A stretch of DNA of 12,362 nt from Prasinococcaceae sp. CCMP 1430. Its lineage: Eukaryota; Plantae; Prasinodermophyta. Below the pieces are notes generated by a model. It was not told the origin of the DNA and searched no databases. It was given only the letters and a program-made list of their open reading frames with translations. Position 1 is the first letter of the stretch. Each line of letters opens with the position of its first letter. A program made the position numbers and the translations under genes. The stretch is taken from the NCBI GenBank assembly GCA_013416795.1, contig RQSC01000630.1, positions 231,008 through 243,369 on the forward strand, written 5' to 3'. Below, piece after piece: positions 1-8,311 of this stretch.

Positions 1-31
1 GGGGGGGGGGGGGGGGGAGGAAGGGGGAGGG
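1..31. repeat. G17 homopolymer plus purine-rich tract
   Basis: Directly visible: G x17, then AGGAAGGGGGAGGG. Sits at the window edge, so its true length is unknown. Confidence 0.8.
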
Positions 32-151
32 TGTGCGCGGCGTGGTGCGGCGCGGCGGCGTTTGAGAGATCCGGTGCCCTCGGCACGCGCTGACCCATCC
101 GCCCGGCGGGCGCGCGCCGGCGACTCGTCCGATCCGCGCGGGGCCCCGAAG
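1..151 (+). other. 3' part of a spliceosomal intron (G-rich tract, branch point GCTGAC 89-94, acceptor AAG 149-151)
   Basis: Same GCTGAC motif and similar branch-to-acceptor spacing as the well-supported intron at 9316-9525. No AG between 95 and 149. Splicing here joins in frame to the long ORF. Confidence 0.55.
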
Positions 152-2590
152 GCGCTCAAGTACGAGCTGGCGACGGTGGGGGGCAGCGCCCCGGCAGGCG
201 CCGGCGGCGGCGACGCGGCGGCAACGGCGGGCGACGGCGCGGGGGGGAGGACGCGGCGCGGCGAGCGCGGGGCGCGCAAGAGCGCGGAGGCCAACGGCGA
301 CGCGGCAGAGGACGAGCCGGCGCTCCAGGGCGATAATGAGGACGCGCAGCCGAAGGACGCCGCGCAGGGGGCGCCCAAGCAGGAGCACAGCGCCGAGGCG
401 GCGGCCGAGGCGGGGGGCGACGAGGAAGGGGGCGAGGGCAAAGATGTCGCCATGGACGAAGGGGAAGACGCCGCGGCGGGCGACGGCGACGGCGATGGCG
501 GCGACGCCGACGACGCCGAAGAGGACCCGTTTGCGGCGTTCGCCATGCTGACAGATATCGCCATGCAAGTTGCGGACGGCAAGGCCGAGGCCGAGCCAGA
601 GGAGGCCGAGGAGGCGTCCGAGCAGGAGATGGAGACAGACCCAGGCGAGGCGAGGCAGATCCAGGATATACTGCAGAATCTGGTCGGGGCGCGGCCGAAG
701 AACGCCGCGAAGAATCACAAGGTGTTCGCGCACCCGGTGTGGCTCGCTCACGGCGCCCGGACGAACGCCACCGGCCGCAGCATTCTCACGCCGGAGCAGG
801 GCAAGAAGGCGCTGCGAAGGACGTTCACCAAAACCGTGCGAAAGAAGATCCCACCCATGCGCCGCAGGCGCAGCGCCGCGGGGGACGACGGCGGTCGCCG
901 GCGCTCGGGAAAGAGCAGCGGCTCGCGCAGCGGGGCGAAGAAGAACGCTCCGGCGGGCACGCCGACTGGCGCGAGGTCGGAGGTGCCCGGCAACGGCGTG
1001 CCAACAATGCAGCAGATGATGCCGCAGCTGCCGCAGCTGCCAGGCCTGTCGGGCTTTCCCATGCCGGGCGGGCTGCCGGGCATGCCGGGCGCCCCCTTCG
1101 GCTTCCCGGGCCTCCCAGGCGCGCCGGGTACGCCCGGCGCGCCTGGAATGCCCGGCATGCCCGGTGCGCCCGGCACGCCGGGCGCACCACCGGGCATATT
1201 CGACCCAACGGCCGCGGCGGCCGCGGCCGCGGCGCTATATGGCTGGCACGGCCTGCCACCGCCGCCGCCGCCGCCGGTGCTACCGCCCGGACATCCGACG
1301 CTGCCTCCTTTCCGCACACCGGCGTATCCGGCTGGTTTCTTCCCTTTTGCCCCGCCCTTCGGCGGTGGGCCAAGGCAAGGCCGCCGGCCGCGCCCGCCCC
1401 CTCGGTTGAGCCGCCAGCAGCTTGAACAGTACTGGCAGCAGGCGCAGCAGGCGCAGCAGGCATTGCAGGCGCAGCTGCAGCAGGCAGGCATGCCTGTGGG
1501 GCCAGGGATGCCTGGCATGCCAGGCATTCCAGGCTTACCCGGCGGAATGTCTACCTCCGCCGCTGGACACGCGCCCGAGGATCCCGCCCAGGCGGTGGCG
1601 GCGGCGCAGGCGATTCAGGCACAGATGGCACAGATGCAGGCTGCGCAGATGCAGGCGCAGGCGGCGGCACAGGCGCAGGCTGCAGCCGGCGCCCAGGCCC
1701 AATTGCAGGCCGCCAATGCGAGCGCGGCCGGTCTGCCCGTGGGGGAAACGCAACCAGCCGGCAATGCTCCGGGTGCTCCGGTCACCGAGAAGCTCACGTT
1801 GCCATCGATTCAGCTCGGCATGGGTTCCAAGGTCGACGACGACGAAGTCAAGGCCGCCCTGGGCGAGGTGGGCGTTCCTCCCGACGGGGGCGCCGGCGAC
1901 GCCGGTGCCGCCGGGACGGTTGGTGGCGATTCCAACGGGGGTGCCACTCACGAGGACGCGGGCAAAGACGCCGAAGCGGTCGTGGTGGTCGCCACTGGTG
2001 ACAAGCCCGTGGTCAAGAGCGAGCACGAACCATCTGAGCCCGCGGGCGCGGCTGCCGATGTTGGTCCCCAGGAGCAGCTGGCCGAACAAGCGACTCCCGC
2101 TAGCCCGCCAGCTTCCGCCGAGCCCCCAGCGGCGGACGCCCCGACCTCAGAACCTGCTGTTGCGGGGAGGGTGGAGGTTCCCACCCCCACCGAAGCGGCG
2201 GAGGAGAAGCCTGCCCCCTCTGCCGAGCCTGTGAGCCTGCTGGCGTCGGAGACGCTGAACCCGCCTGAGGCCATTGCGCCCGTGCTCGAGGCTGCTACAG
2301 CCGGCAAGACAGCAGGGTCTGGAGGCGACGACGAGGCCACCGATGTCCCAGAACCCGCGAGTGCAGCTGGCGCTGCGCCGGTCGGTCCCGGTGCAGCGGC
2401 TGCTGCCACTCCCGCGGCGCAAGCGGCGCCAGCAGCGCCCGCGATGGCAGCAACCCCCACGGCGCCACAGGCGCCAGCGGCTGAGCCCGCGGCGCCCGAG
2501 GCGCCCGAGGTGCCCGAGGCACCCGCGGCGCCAGCGGCGCCCGCAGGCCCGCCCGCCGTGGCGACAAACGGCGACGCCGTACAGCAATGA
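152..2590 (+). CDS. 3' (terminal) exon of a large, mostly disordered, probably nuclear protein (acidic region, basic/NLS-like segment, Gly-X-Pro and poly-Pro tracts, Gln/Ala-rich region, Ala/Pro/Glu-rich tail); 5' exons lie outside the window
   Basis: Open frame 62-2590 starts at TTG, not ATG. A GCTGAC branch-point motif (89-94) is followed by an AG-free stretch up to AAG at 149-151, which predicts a phase-0 exon start at 152 (ALKYELATV...). Stop TGA at 2588-2590, followed by TGTAA at 2625. No recognisable Pfam-type domain in this exon. Confidence 0.7.
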   Translation, partial: ALKYELATVGGSAPAGAGGGDAAATAGDGAGGRTRRGERGARKSAEANGDAAEDEPALQGDNEDAQPKDAAQGAPKQEHSAEAAAEAGGDEEGGEGKDVAMDEGEDAAAGDGDGDGGDADDAEEDPFAAFAMLTDIAMQVADGKAEAEPEEAEEASEQEMETDPGEARQIQDILQNLVGARPKNAAKNHKVFAHPVWLAHGARTNATGRSILTPEQGKKALRRTFTKTVRKKIPPMRRRRSAAGDDGGRRRSGKSSGSRSGAKKNAPAGTPTGARSEVPGNGVPTMQQMMPQLPQLPGLSGFPMPGGLPGMPGAPFGFPGLPGAPGTPGAPGMPGMPGAPGTPGAPPGIFDPTAAAAAAAALYGWHGLPPPPPPPVLPPGHPTLPPFRTPAYPAGFFPFAPPFGGGPRQGRRPRPPPRLSRQQLEQYWQQAQQAQQALQAQLQQAGMPVGPGMPGMPGIPGLPGGMSTSAAGHAPEDPAQAVAAAQAIQAQMAQMQAAQMQAQAAAQAQAAAGAQAQLQAANASAAGLPVGETQPAGNAPGAPVTEKLTLPSIQLGMGSKVDDDEVKAALGEVGVPPDGGAGDAGAAGTVGGDSNGGATHEDAGKDAEAVVVVATGDKPVVKSEHEPSEPAGAAADVGPQEQLAEQATPASPPASAEPPAADAPTSEPAVAGRVEVPTPTEAAEEKPAPSAEPVSLLASETLNPPEAIAPVLEAATAGKTAGSGGDDEATDVPEPASAAGAAPVGPGAAAAATPAAQAAPAAPAMAATPTAPQAPAAEPAAPEAPEVPEAPAAPAAPAGPPAVATNGDAVQQ

Positions 2591-2624
2591 GCGGCGTGGG
2601 ATCCGGTGGCGGCATCGCCCTTCT

Positions 2625-2629
2625 TGTAA
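2625..2629 (+). promoter_or_regulatory. TGTAA, putative green-algal polyadenylation signal of gene 1
   Basis: TGTAA lies about 35 nt after the stop at 2590 in a locally AT-richer 3' UTR. UGUAA is the established poly(A) signal in Chlamydomonas and several other chlorophytes. Confidence 0.5.
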
Positions 2630-2933
2630 TGCAAAACACCTGGAAGACGGCGTGGGCGGGGACAGCGCCGTGCGGCACTGGCATCTCCCTGCTTTGCATG
2701 CGCGTATGGCCGTGCGTTCGCAACCTGCGAACGTTCGTCTCCATCGCTTCATACGTGCATTTTGACATGCTTGCCGTGTCCAGACCCTATCAAAATACCT
2801 CAAAACACGACCCCAAGTCGCCAGGGTCTTGGGCTGCGCGCTGCGCAGCGCCGCGCGTGGCGGCTGCTGCCACACGGCGCGTCCCGGGGTCGCCGCCTCC
2901 TTAGTCGGCAAGCGCGCCGCGCGGGGCGTGGCG

Positions 2934-4276
2934 ATGGCGGCGGCGGCAGCGGCGCGCGCGGCGCGCACGGCGGCCGCCCCAAGCGCTGCTGGCCGCCGCA
3001 GCGGCGCGCTACCACCGCCGCCAGCGACGCGCCGGCCGAGTCGGCGGCACCCGACTCGGCCGCGTTGCTCTCTCGCGTGGCGGTGGTGCTTCACCAGCCA
3101 CAGGGGCCCGTAAACGTGGGGGCGGTCGCGCGCTCCGCGCGCAACTTTGGTCTATCAGATGTCAGGGTCGTCGATCCTTTCCCGGAGGTGCTCAGCAGCC
3201 CTGCGGATGCGAGCACGGACGCGGGCCCCGGCGATGGGAGCGAGGCGTACGCGGGAGAGGTGTACCAGTACTGCACGGAGAATGGGAAACCGCTGCTCGA
3301 GGGCTCGCTGCGCGGCGACCTCGCCGACGCGCTGAGCGACTGCACTATGGTCCTCGCCCTGACCGCGCGTACGCGCGGTGGCCAGCGTGAGCTCGGCGCA
3401 CGAGAGGCGGCCGAGGCAGCCGTGGAGGCCGCCTCGCGCCCAGGCGGGCGGGTTGCTCTGCTGTTCGGCAACGAGCGCACGGGGCTGAGCAACGACGACC
3501 TGCGCTGGGCGCACGCAACCGTCGCTATCCCAACGGCGCCGACGCCCGATGGTGTCGACGGCAATCACCAAGCGCTCAACCTAAGCCACGCGGTGGCGGT
3601 CATGTGCTACGAGCAGATGCTCGCCGCCGAGGCTGTGGGCGGGCCGCTGCCCTCGACCGCTATCTCCAACCCCAAGGCGATGCCGCCCTCAGGCTCGCTC
3701 GCCGCCAAGAAGCTCGCGCCCGTCGGGCTCCGCCAAAGGCTAGTAGAGGACATGCTCAAGGCAGTGGATGCGGTCGAGCTTCTCGGGCCTGCGCCGGACG
3801 AGTGCGAGAGCGATGGCGAGGGCGGCAGCAGCGGCCCGCCGGAGGGGGTTGTCGGCGGCGGTACCCCGGAAGAGCACGCGTCCGAGTGGACGCTGCGCCG
3901 CGAGAAGGACCTGCGCGCCATCGAACGCGTCCTCGCGTCAGGCGACATGTTCTCTGCGGACTGCGAGGTGCTCTTCAGGCTGGCTAGGCGAGTGCAAGCG
4001 CTGCAGGCGCTGCAGCTGGCAGAGGGAGGTCGCGGAGACAAGGGGGCGGGGGGAAAGGCGCACGCGGGAATCCTCGATACACCCGCGCTCGATGCAGCGA
4101 GCAAAATCAGCGCTCTCTCCGACGCAGGAGGCCTGCCCTGGCGCGAGCGTAGCCAGCGCGAGCGCAGCGACATCAAGAAGGCGCTCGGAGAGGTGCTTGG
4201 TGAGGTCAATTTGAGCAATCGCGAGATGCAGAGGCTCTGCGAAGCCGTCAGCGACAAGGTGGGCCGTTCGGCATAA
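2934..4276 (+). CDS. SpoU/TrmH-family (SPOUT) RNA 2'-O-methyltransferase, TrmJ/LasT-like, probably organelle-targeted; 5' end has an apparent frameshift
   Basis: SPOUT motifs: VVLHQPQGPVNVGAVARSARNFGLSDVRVVDP (from ~3071), ALLFGNERTGLSNDDL, IPT...ALNLSHAVAVMCYE, then a TrmJ-like helical C-terminal region. The first in-frame ATG (3347) is inside the domain. The best-context ATG (gcgATGG, 2934) is out of frame by one base, so the start is uncertain. Confidence 0.85.
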
Positions 4277-4351
4277 ATTGTTCAGGTAAAATCGTGAGTA
4301 GAGTCTAGCGTTACCATTCTGATGGTGTACACAAGTTTCTCCACTCCCTAC

Positions 4352-7300
4352 TCAGGGCTGCGGCCGCGCCTGAACAACCCAGACGCGGCCGTCCGAATCG
4401 ATGGCGCCCTCGACGTCCTGCTGCTCTCCGCCCTCCGCCTCACGGATAGCGCGGCCAGCGGCCGCCACCCGCCGGCACAGCGCCACCCTGCTGCCCTCAT
4501 CCGACAAAATCTGACCGCTGATGGAGCCGTCCGCCGCAGCCTCAACGAGGCCACCGCCGTCCGCGGCCACGAGCGCTGCAGCCATGGAGCCCTCGGCCAG
4601 TGTTGCAACGCTGCTGTCCTCGCCCACGGTGACGCGCCACGGTTTGCCGCGCGTGTTGCCCGATGCCAGCGTCTCGCCGAGGCCCTCGGCCATCTCGAGG
4701 TAGCACTGCCCCGAGTCGCCGGTGATCGGATTGCTCGTCATCATGATGAAGCTGGCCCGCGCGTCCACCAGTGGCTGCATGAGGACGGCCATGTTGGCGC
4801 TCCTCTGCGGCACGCCCGCGGCGCGGCGAGCGAGCACCGCACGGCGTGTGTAGAGCGACGCCCACACGGCGGCGGCCGCCTCACCCACCGCGGCCACATC
4901 GTGGGCATCGCGCGCGGGCACGTTCAGGAAGGAGTCGTAGAGGCCGGCGGCGGACATGCCCGCCAGGTCCTCGACATTGGCGGACGAGCGCACAGCCAGC
5001 GAGTTCGATCCGAGCACTGACACGGCGACGCGCAGGGCCGCCTCCGCGGGCCGCGCAGTGCGGGCGATCGCTTGCAGGCGCTCGCACGCGTCGTCCAGCT
5101 CGGGGCCTTCGGCCGTCTCGGCGCGCGCCAGCGCGTCATCGAGGGAGTCGAGCTCCCTCTCGCTCAGCGCCGCGCGCATGCTCCCGAAAGGCAACGCAAC
5201 CGCCTGCGGCGCTGCAAACGCCCCCCCGGATGCCAGCGCCAGGTCGGACAGCCGCGCGCAAGCCGCGGATTTGGCGCCGCACGTCTGCGCGCGAATGGAA
5301 GGGCCGAACAGCATCTGACCAGCGAACGTCTCGTCGGCGGGCGGCGGCGGCTGCATCACCTGCGCGGTAGCACCGGCGCCGGGAGCATTGGCCCTCGTTT
5401 TCTCGAGCCAAGCGGCGCGCGCCTGCTCCAGCTCTGCCGGGGAAGCCTGCACCACGGTCACCCCTTCAGCGGACGCGACGATGCGCACGGGTGTCCCCTC
5501 CATTGCACGGATGGTATTCAGGCGGCCACCATCCTCGCATGTGGCCGTGACGACTCCCTCCTGCCTTGCACGCAGAGCGAGGTGGCTGAGGTGCGGCATG
5601 TCGTGGCAGAGCACCACTCCCACCACCGAGCCCCCCGCGGCACCCACCTCCTCGTCACCATCCGCAGCGGCAACAAGGCACACATGCGGGCCTTCGTCGG
5701 CGGACACGCACCCTGGCTCCAGCCGCGGCACGCAGCGCAGCAGCCCGACCGCCTCGCCTGCGACCAGACAGTCCACCGCGGCTGCGCCGCTCGCCGCGCG
5801 ATCTTCCTTGAGCAGCAGGTCTGCCAGCCGGCCGAGCTGGTACACCACCGAGCCGCGCACGTCCGACTCGACATACACATCCACCACCCGCTGCTCGATG
5901 CCGAGCGCGGACCCCAGCGCGCGAGCGGCGGGGCCAAAGAGCCCTTCAGCGTCATCGGCGAGCGCCCCAGCGAGTTCGCGCGCCGCTGCGCCCGCCAGCG
6001 CCGCATCCCCCGTGGCTGCGAGCTCGGCGACGCGCACCGCCTCGCCCGAGCGCGTGCTGCTGCCACTGAGCACCTTCGCTGCGCGTTCCAGCGCTTGGCA
6101 GAGCGCCGGTGCATTCGCAAGGCCAGCCTCGGCGGCGCCGATGACCTGCGAGAGCAGCACGAATGCATGCTCTTCAAGCCCAATGTCGGCGAGCCGCGCG
6201 GACTGGCGCACGGACACGTCGCTCGCAGATGGCAGCTCCCGCACGATGGACTCCCGCGCGCGCTCCAGCGCCTCCAACGCCGAAAGCGCCAGTCCGGGCT
6301 CGCCTGTTCCCGCGGCGTCGGCGGCGCGCTTGGCGGACAGGAATGCGTCGATGGCAGCGGGTGCATCGCCACCGAGCTTGCCTTGGAGGCCGCCCAGCCG
6401 ATCCTCCAGGCCCGAGGCGTTGAAGAACTCTTGCAGCTCCCTGTAGAAAATGCGGAACTCGTTAACGAACTCCTCCGGGTAGTCGGTGCCCGGGGCGGTG
6501 AGCTTGGCGAGCATCTTTTCCGTCGCAATGAGGTCCTCGGGCCCGGCGCAGCGATGGAGCTTGTTCTGAATGGTGTGCTTGATTTCCTGCCGGACCTCGC
6601 GGCACTTGCCGTGCTTGTCGCCCTTGCCGTGGGCGATGTCGCGGATGCGCGTCAGCGGCTCGGCCTTGGTGTACTCATCGGAGAACGACGGCAGGCGCGT
6701 GTGCACGCGGCGCGCTGCAGCCCACGCCGCCGAGCCTGCGTGGAGGTTCTCGAGCGCTTCATAGGAGGCACGCGCCGCCTTCGCGTGGTGGTTGGGCCTG
6801 TAGTGCGTGCCGTCCTCCGCGCACCCGATCGCGCCCGAGGCGATCCAGTACAAATAGACCGCGATGCCAGCAACGAGCTCGCTCGAGGGCTCGCCTTCGC
6901 ACAGGAGCCTCTGCACAGCCTGAAGCTTCTGCCGCCACGAGGGGGCGTGCTGGTCGGCCTCGACGATCGGGGCGAGCGCGCCGGCGGCCCCCGCGTCCCA
7001 GCGGCCGCCGCGGTCGCCCTTCTCGTGCTTCGAGGTGCGGAAGGCGACCTCGCGGCCGACCCATGCGACGCCTGTGCCTGTGGTTGCCTCGTGTGGCGAA
7101 GTGGCGCTGCCGTGCAGCTGCCGGTTCTGCTGCTCTCGTGCGGCCGCGAGCCTCTTCTCCTCCTGCGTGCGTCGGTGGCGCTCGGCGTCTTCGACCGCGC
7201 GGCGCTGTGCCGCGCGGAATCCGTGCAGCATAGCCATTGTAAAGCCAACGAAGGGGTTGGTGGGGTCGTTCGCCTGTCGATCGCCCGCGCTCAAGCTGCG

Positions 7301-8094
7301 GGCGCTTCCATTAGCACCCGTGGTACCCTTGGCGCCCACGGCACCGTTGGCGGCGCTCGCGGGAGGAGGGGAATGGAGTCGCCGTGGAGCCGTGGAGTTG
7401 GCGCGCGGTGCCGGCGCCGGCGGCGGCGGCCGTGCCGCCGCGGGCGCCGGCGGTGGCGGCGGCGGCGACGCCGGCGGCGGAGCCTTTGGCTGCTGCACCT
7501 GCGCCTTCCGCTGGGGGACGGCGGCCCATCTTGGAGGCGCTGCCTTGGCCACAACTTCGGCGAACGCCCGCTCGTCAGAGCTGTCCGTATCTGAGCCAGA
7601 GTCCGCCCCCTGCTGCGGCGCCTGCTCTTTGGGCTCAAAACCGCGCCCAAGACGGACGCTCTTCGACGTCGACGACATGCGCCACGGCATGCCTCTGCCC
7701 AGGCGACTCCTGGACGACGAGCGCGACCCGACCTCAGCGGCCTTCGCCTTTGCGGCTTCGGCGGCCTCAGCGGCGTTCTTGATCGCCTCGGCGGCCTCGC
7801 TCGCGACCGGCGCCTTGGCATTCGCGGCCACGGAGGCCTCGGCGGCGCTCTTGACCGCCGCGAGGGCCTCGCTCGCAATCTGATCCGCGACCACCGTGGC
7901 TGCGCTGGGCGCCTGCGGCGCCTCCAGTTGCAGCGCGCGAAAGTGCGCCAGCCCGGCCACGGTCATCCCCTGGAACGGGTTGGCTGGGTCGCCAGCCGCG
8001 CGCGCGGCCGCGGGCCCGGTGCCGGCGGCGTTGCCGCGCGAGCTGGCGATACCAGCGGCGCGCCCCGCGCGCCGTGTGGCCGCGCCCGCAGCAT
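4352..8094 (-). CDS. PWD: Phosphoglucan, water dikinase (PWD/GWD3-type starch dikinase), plastid; start uncertain (8094 with frameshift, or in-frame ATGs at 7966, 8383, 8554)
   Basis: PWD-typical blocks: WVGREVAF...SWRQKL, CAEDGTHYRPNHHA, LPSFSDEYTKAEPLTRIRDIAH, QEIKHTIQNKLHRCAGPEDL, DGDEEV. Phosphohistidine motif PHLSHLALRARQE (His codon 5582-5584). PPDK-type nucleotide-binding domain GAKSAAC...VRSSANVEDLAGMSAAGLYDSF...GLGETLASG...QDVEGA...VVQARPQP-stop. Confidence 0.93.
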
Positions 8095-8149
8095 CCCTGC
8101 TCCCGCTACGCCCCCGCCCGCAGTGCGCAGCGGCGCTGCCCGCGTGCGC

Positions 8150-8311
8150 GCGCGAAAATCGCCCGCGCGAAAACCTCGCCTGCGAGGAGCGCCCCAAACT
8201 CCGCGAAATTGCCCGCGGCCCCCACCGTTGCGCATGCGTTCGCCGCCCCTCGGCCCGCGCTTTCGCGCGCGCGCCTCCGAGGCTTTCGCGCGCTTTCGAA
8301 GCGCGCGAAAA
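8150..8311. promoter_or_regulatory. Cluster of TTTCGCGC/GCGCGAAA (E2F-consensus-like) motifs in the divergent PWD/TLC intergenic region
   Basis: Exact octamers at 8150-8157, 8165-8172, 8261-8268, 8284-8291 and 8303-8310, plus the variant CCGCGAAA at 8201-8208. The function is inferred. Confidence 0.5.
8284..8310. repeat. Perfect 12-bp inverted repeat TTTCGCGCGCTT-TCG-AAGCGCGCGAAA
   Basis: Arms 8284-8295 and 8299-8310 are exact reverse complements with a 3-nt spacer. Confidence 0.9.

Noticed and set aside
1-31. G-tract as a functional G-quadruplex or telomere-like end
   Set aside because: It lies at the window edge, is not a telomeric repeat, and homopolymer length is unreliable. No supporting context.
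62-151. TTG start at 62 (and at 2762) from the ORF track
   Set aside because: Prokaryote-style start calls are not appropriate for this eukaryotic locus. Region 62-151 looks intronic.
5072-7594. 840-aa ORF antisense to PWD, and the many other long overlapping ORFs (e.g. 7963-9834 -, 10042-11391 +, 748-1527 -)
   Set aside because: These are shadow ORFs expected from very high GC and codon bias. The translations are Arg/Ala/Gly-rich with no domain motifs.
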